Shown piece after piece: positions 62,025 through 64,000 of a stretch of DNA of 64,000 nt. The stretch covers positions 62,001 through 126,000 of the forward strand of contig JAANOX010000269.1 in assembly GCA_020184695.1 (NCBI GenBank), written 5' to 3'. The notes beneath the pieces were generated by a model. The model had not been told where the DNA came from and did no database searches. It worked only from the letters and a program-made list of their open reading frames with translations. The stretch is from Histomonas meleagridis 2922-C6/04-290x (Eukaryota; Protista; Parabasalia). Position numbers and translations under genes: made by a program. How positions within the stretch are numbered: the stretch's first letter is position 1; every line of letters begins with the position of its first letter.

Positions 62025-62624
62025 ATGTGTGAGGATCCTCGAAATATAACAATTGCTGTTGTAGGAGATTCGCTTGTTGGGAAAACAGCAGTTGTATCAC
62101 GTTTTGTTGATGGAACTTTCCAAGAGACAACAGCAACTATCGCTTTAAATGCATTATCCAAAAAAGTTGTTATAGATGATAAAGAGCTTAACATTAAAGT
62201 CTTTGATACTCCTTCACAACGGAAACAATATAAAAACCTTTTGAGGTCTTGCTATCGTGATTCTGATATTATTATAATTGTTTTTGCTGTAGGAGATCCT
62301 GAAACTGATGAAATAAGTCAGACATCATTCGAATCTTTAGAAGGATGGCTTGTTGATGCACAAAGTTCCAAACCAGATGCTATTTTTTGTTTTTGCGGAA
62401 ATTTGAAAGATATCAAACCCCGCAAAATAACGCACGAAGCAGCGGTCAAAAGAGTTGAAGAATTATGTAAAAAGTGCATGTACTTTGAAACGAGCGCTGC
62501 AACTGGAGATGGTGTTGATGACATGTTCATCTCTTTGATCAAAAAGTATATTCAACAAAAAGATGCTAAAAACCCCGAAGAACCTCAAGAAAAAAATAAT
62601 GGTTCACCTTGCACCATCTTTTGA
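62025..62624 (+). CDS. Divergent Rab-family small GTPase
   Basis: GDSLVGKT, DTPSQ (G3), GNLKD (G4), ETSA (G5) and C-terminal CTIF. Confidence 0.85.
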   Translation: MCEDPRNITIAVVGDSLVGKTAVVSRFVDGTFQETTATIALNALSKKVVIDDKELNIKVFDTPSQRKQYKNLLRSCYRDSDIIIIVFAVGDPETDEISQTSFESLEGWLVDAQSSKPDAIFCFCGNLKDIKPRKITHEAAVKRVEELCKKCMYFETSAATGDGVDDMFISLIKKYIQQKDAKNPEEPQEKNNGSPCTIF

Positions 62625-62697
62625 TTCTAAATTTTTTGAACAATTTATGACAAAGCAACGAGTATTTTTATCAAAATAAGTATCAATAATTTGTCAT

Positions 62698-63829
62698 ATG
62701 AACGAAGAAGATTTTGCGATGATTTCCATTGACATCCAATTGGAAGATGTTTTACCTAAATAAACCACTGAATTTTTGAATATTAAAGGACACGTTAAGG
62801 AAACCGTTAAACCAATCCGCATTGGCAGGAAAAGTTATATATCTTCTTTTAATATTATTTTTAAAATATCGATCAATCAAAGCAGAATACCAATGGGATT
62901 TAGATGCTTGGAGCCGTTTTCTCAACGATACTCTTTCCCAATCAATAATACTATACATTTTTTATTCAAATGATATTCTTAGCAGATTTTATAAAGAATT
63001 TTTAAAATGTGATCCTGACAAATTTGGCGATGATCCTGGCTCCAAAGTTAGTCTTTTTCTAAATTTTTTAACATTTGCTACATCTAAAACCAATTTTGTA
63101 CCTGATGTACTACTTCCAGTTCTTACATTTCATTTTATCCATGTCAATATTTTTTATCTTCGTTCATATATTGATTCATTTCGGGTTCAATTATTTCTTC
63201 CACCTGAATACATTCATAGTCGTATCATAATTTTCCATATTTTTATCTCTCTTTTATTTTTATTCATAGGTCTTTATCATATCAAATCCTTTTTGACAAC
63301 GCATTCACGATTTTCGCTAACATTTGGCATCAAATTTATTGAAGAATTTCTTGTAATTGTTCGACAATTCATTGAACATTTATTATTTCTTATTGATCGC
63401 CCCAACTTTGGTTCATCTCCATTCATTGAAACACTTCGAAAAAACTTCAACTTAATCATTTCTCTTATTGCGATCATAACATGTGCGCTTCCATCAATTG
63501 TTTTACGATATTTATATTATAAATTCACGTACAATGACTTCTTGTTCTTCGTTGCATATTGCCTCCCATTAATTGGGCACGCGCTTGCTGTTTGGCTCGA
63601 AAATGATTCGCCGCATCAGAATAACTTTTATCGATTTGATGACGCGGACGAAGAAGACTTAAACAATGAATGCACGTGTATCATATGTAGACAAGTAATG
63701 GTAATTGGTAACGCAAAAAAATTGCCGTGCGGACATTGCTGCCATTCCGAATGTTTGGAGAGATGGATCGATAATCATCCGTATTGCCCCATTTGTAGAG
63801 CACATTTCGATGAATTGGAACATGAATAA
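62698..63829 (+). CDS. Multi-TM RING-H2 E3 ubiquitin ligase (HRD1/gp78-like architecture); 5' end needs a splice or is broken
   Basis: CIICRQVMVIGNAKKLPCGHCCHSECLERWIDNHPYCPICR; several TM segments. The main frame has no ATG before the RING (62822 is TTG); the upstream ATG at 62698 is in another frame. Confidence 0.75.
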
Positions 63830-64000
63830 TATAATTAATAAATATTTTGTTAATTTATTTCGTTTTTTACATGGAATTTGTATAAATTGATTGAATGATA
63901 TAAATTAGTTGAAAATGATAAACATACAAATATTGTTAATGTATAATGATATTGGAATTATAGCTGCTGATATAAAATGAAAAATATGTAGATTGACACT

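Noticed and set aside
1-64000. tRNA, rRNA or recognisable snRNA genes; prokaryotic operon or prophage
   Set aside because: No cloverleaf, rRNA-like GC-rich block or known snRNA recognised; gene content is eukaryotic.

Overview
AT-rich eukaryotic DNA, almost certainly from a parabasalid protist (Tritrichomonas/Histomonas/Trichomonas relatives; the species cannot be fixed from sequence alone). Support: a hydrogenosomal-type succinyl-CoA synthetase alpha subunit with an ML..R presequence, expanded BspA (TpLRR) surface proteins, Trichomonas-type M2/M3/M5/Inr core-promoter motifs, and essentially intron-free genes in the standard code. Housekeeping genes (RPS4, RPL11, alpha-COP, EB1, CAND1-like, Serinc, Stm1/SERBP1-like, SCS-alpha, CFAP53/58-like, MORN, Rab, RING-H2 ligase) alternate with accessory sequence: BspA genes and relics, a decayed pogo-like transposase, a 107/108-bp higher-order tandem array, gene fragments and four ankyrin-repeat loci. 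The most unusual observation is in those ankyrin loci. Each 29-codon ankyrin core is separated from the next by an AT-rich spacer at the same position. The spacer is exactly 83 nt in 10 of 15 copies I measured (3n+2 in 12 of 15), giving a 170-bp period. It has no canonical splice signals and is preferentially open in the -1 frame. This suggests repeated non-canonical splicing or recoding, or an amplified dead unit. Other notable items: a pseudokinase fused to a GBP/atlastin-like GTPase, a SAPS-WD40 fusion, a 703-bp BspA ectodomain duplication joined to different tails, and a possibly bacterial-derived domain on the parabasalid stalk-TM-tail module. Several single-base homopolymer frameshifts may be assembly errors. 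All family assignments come from motif recognition and hand counts, not database searches.
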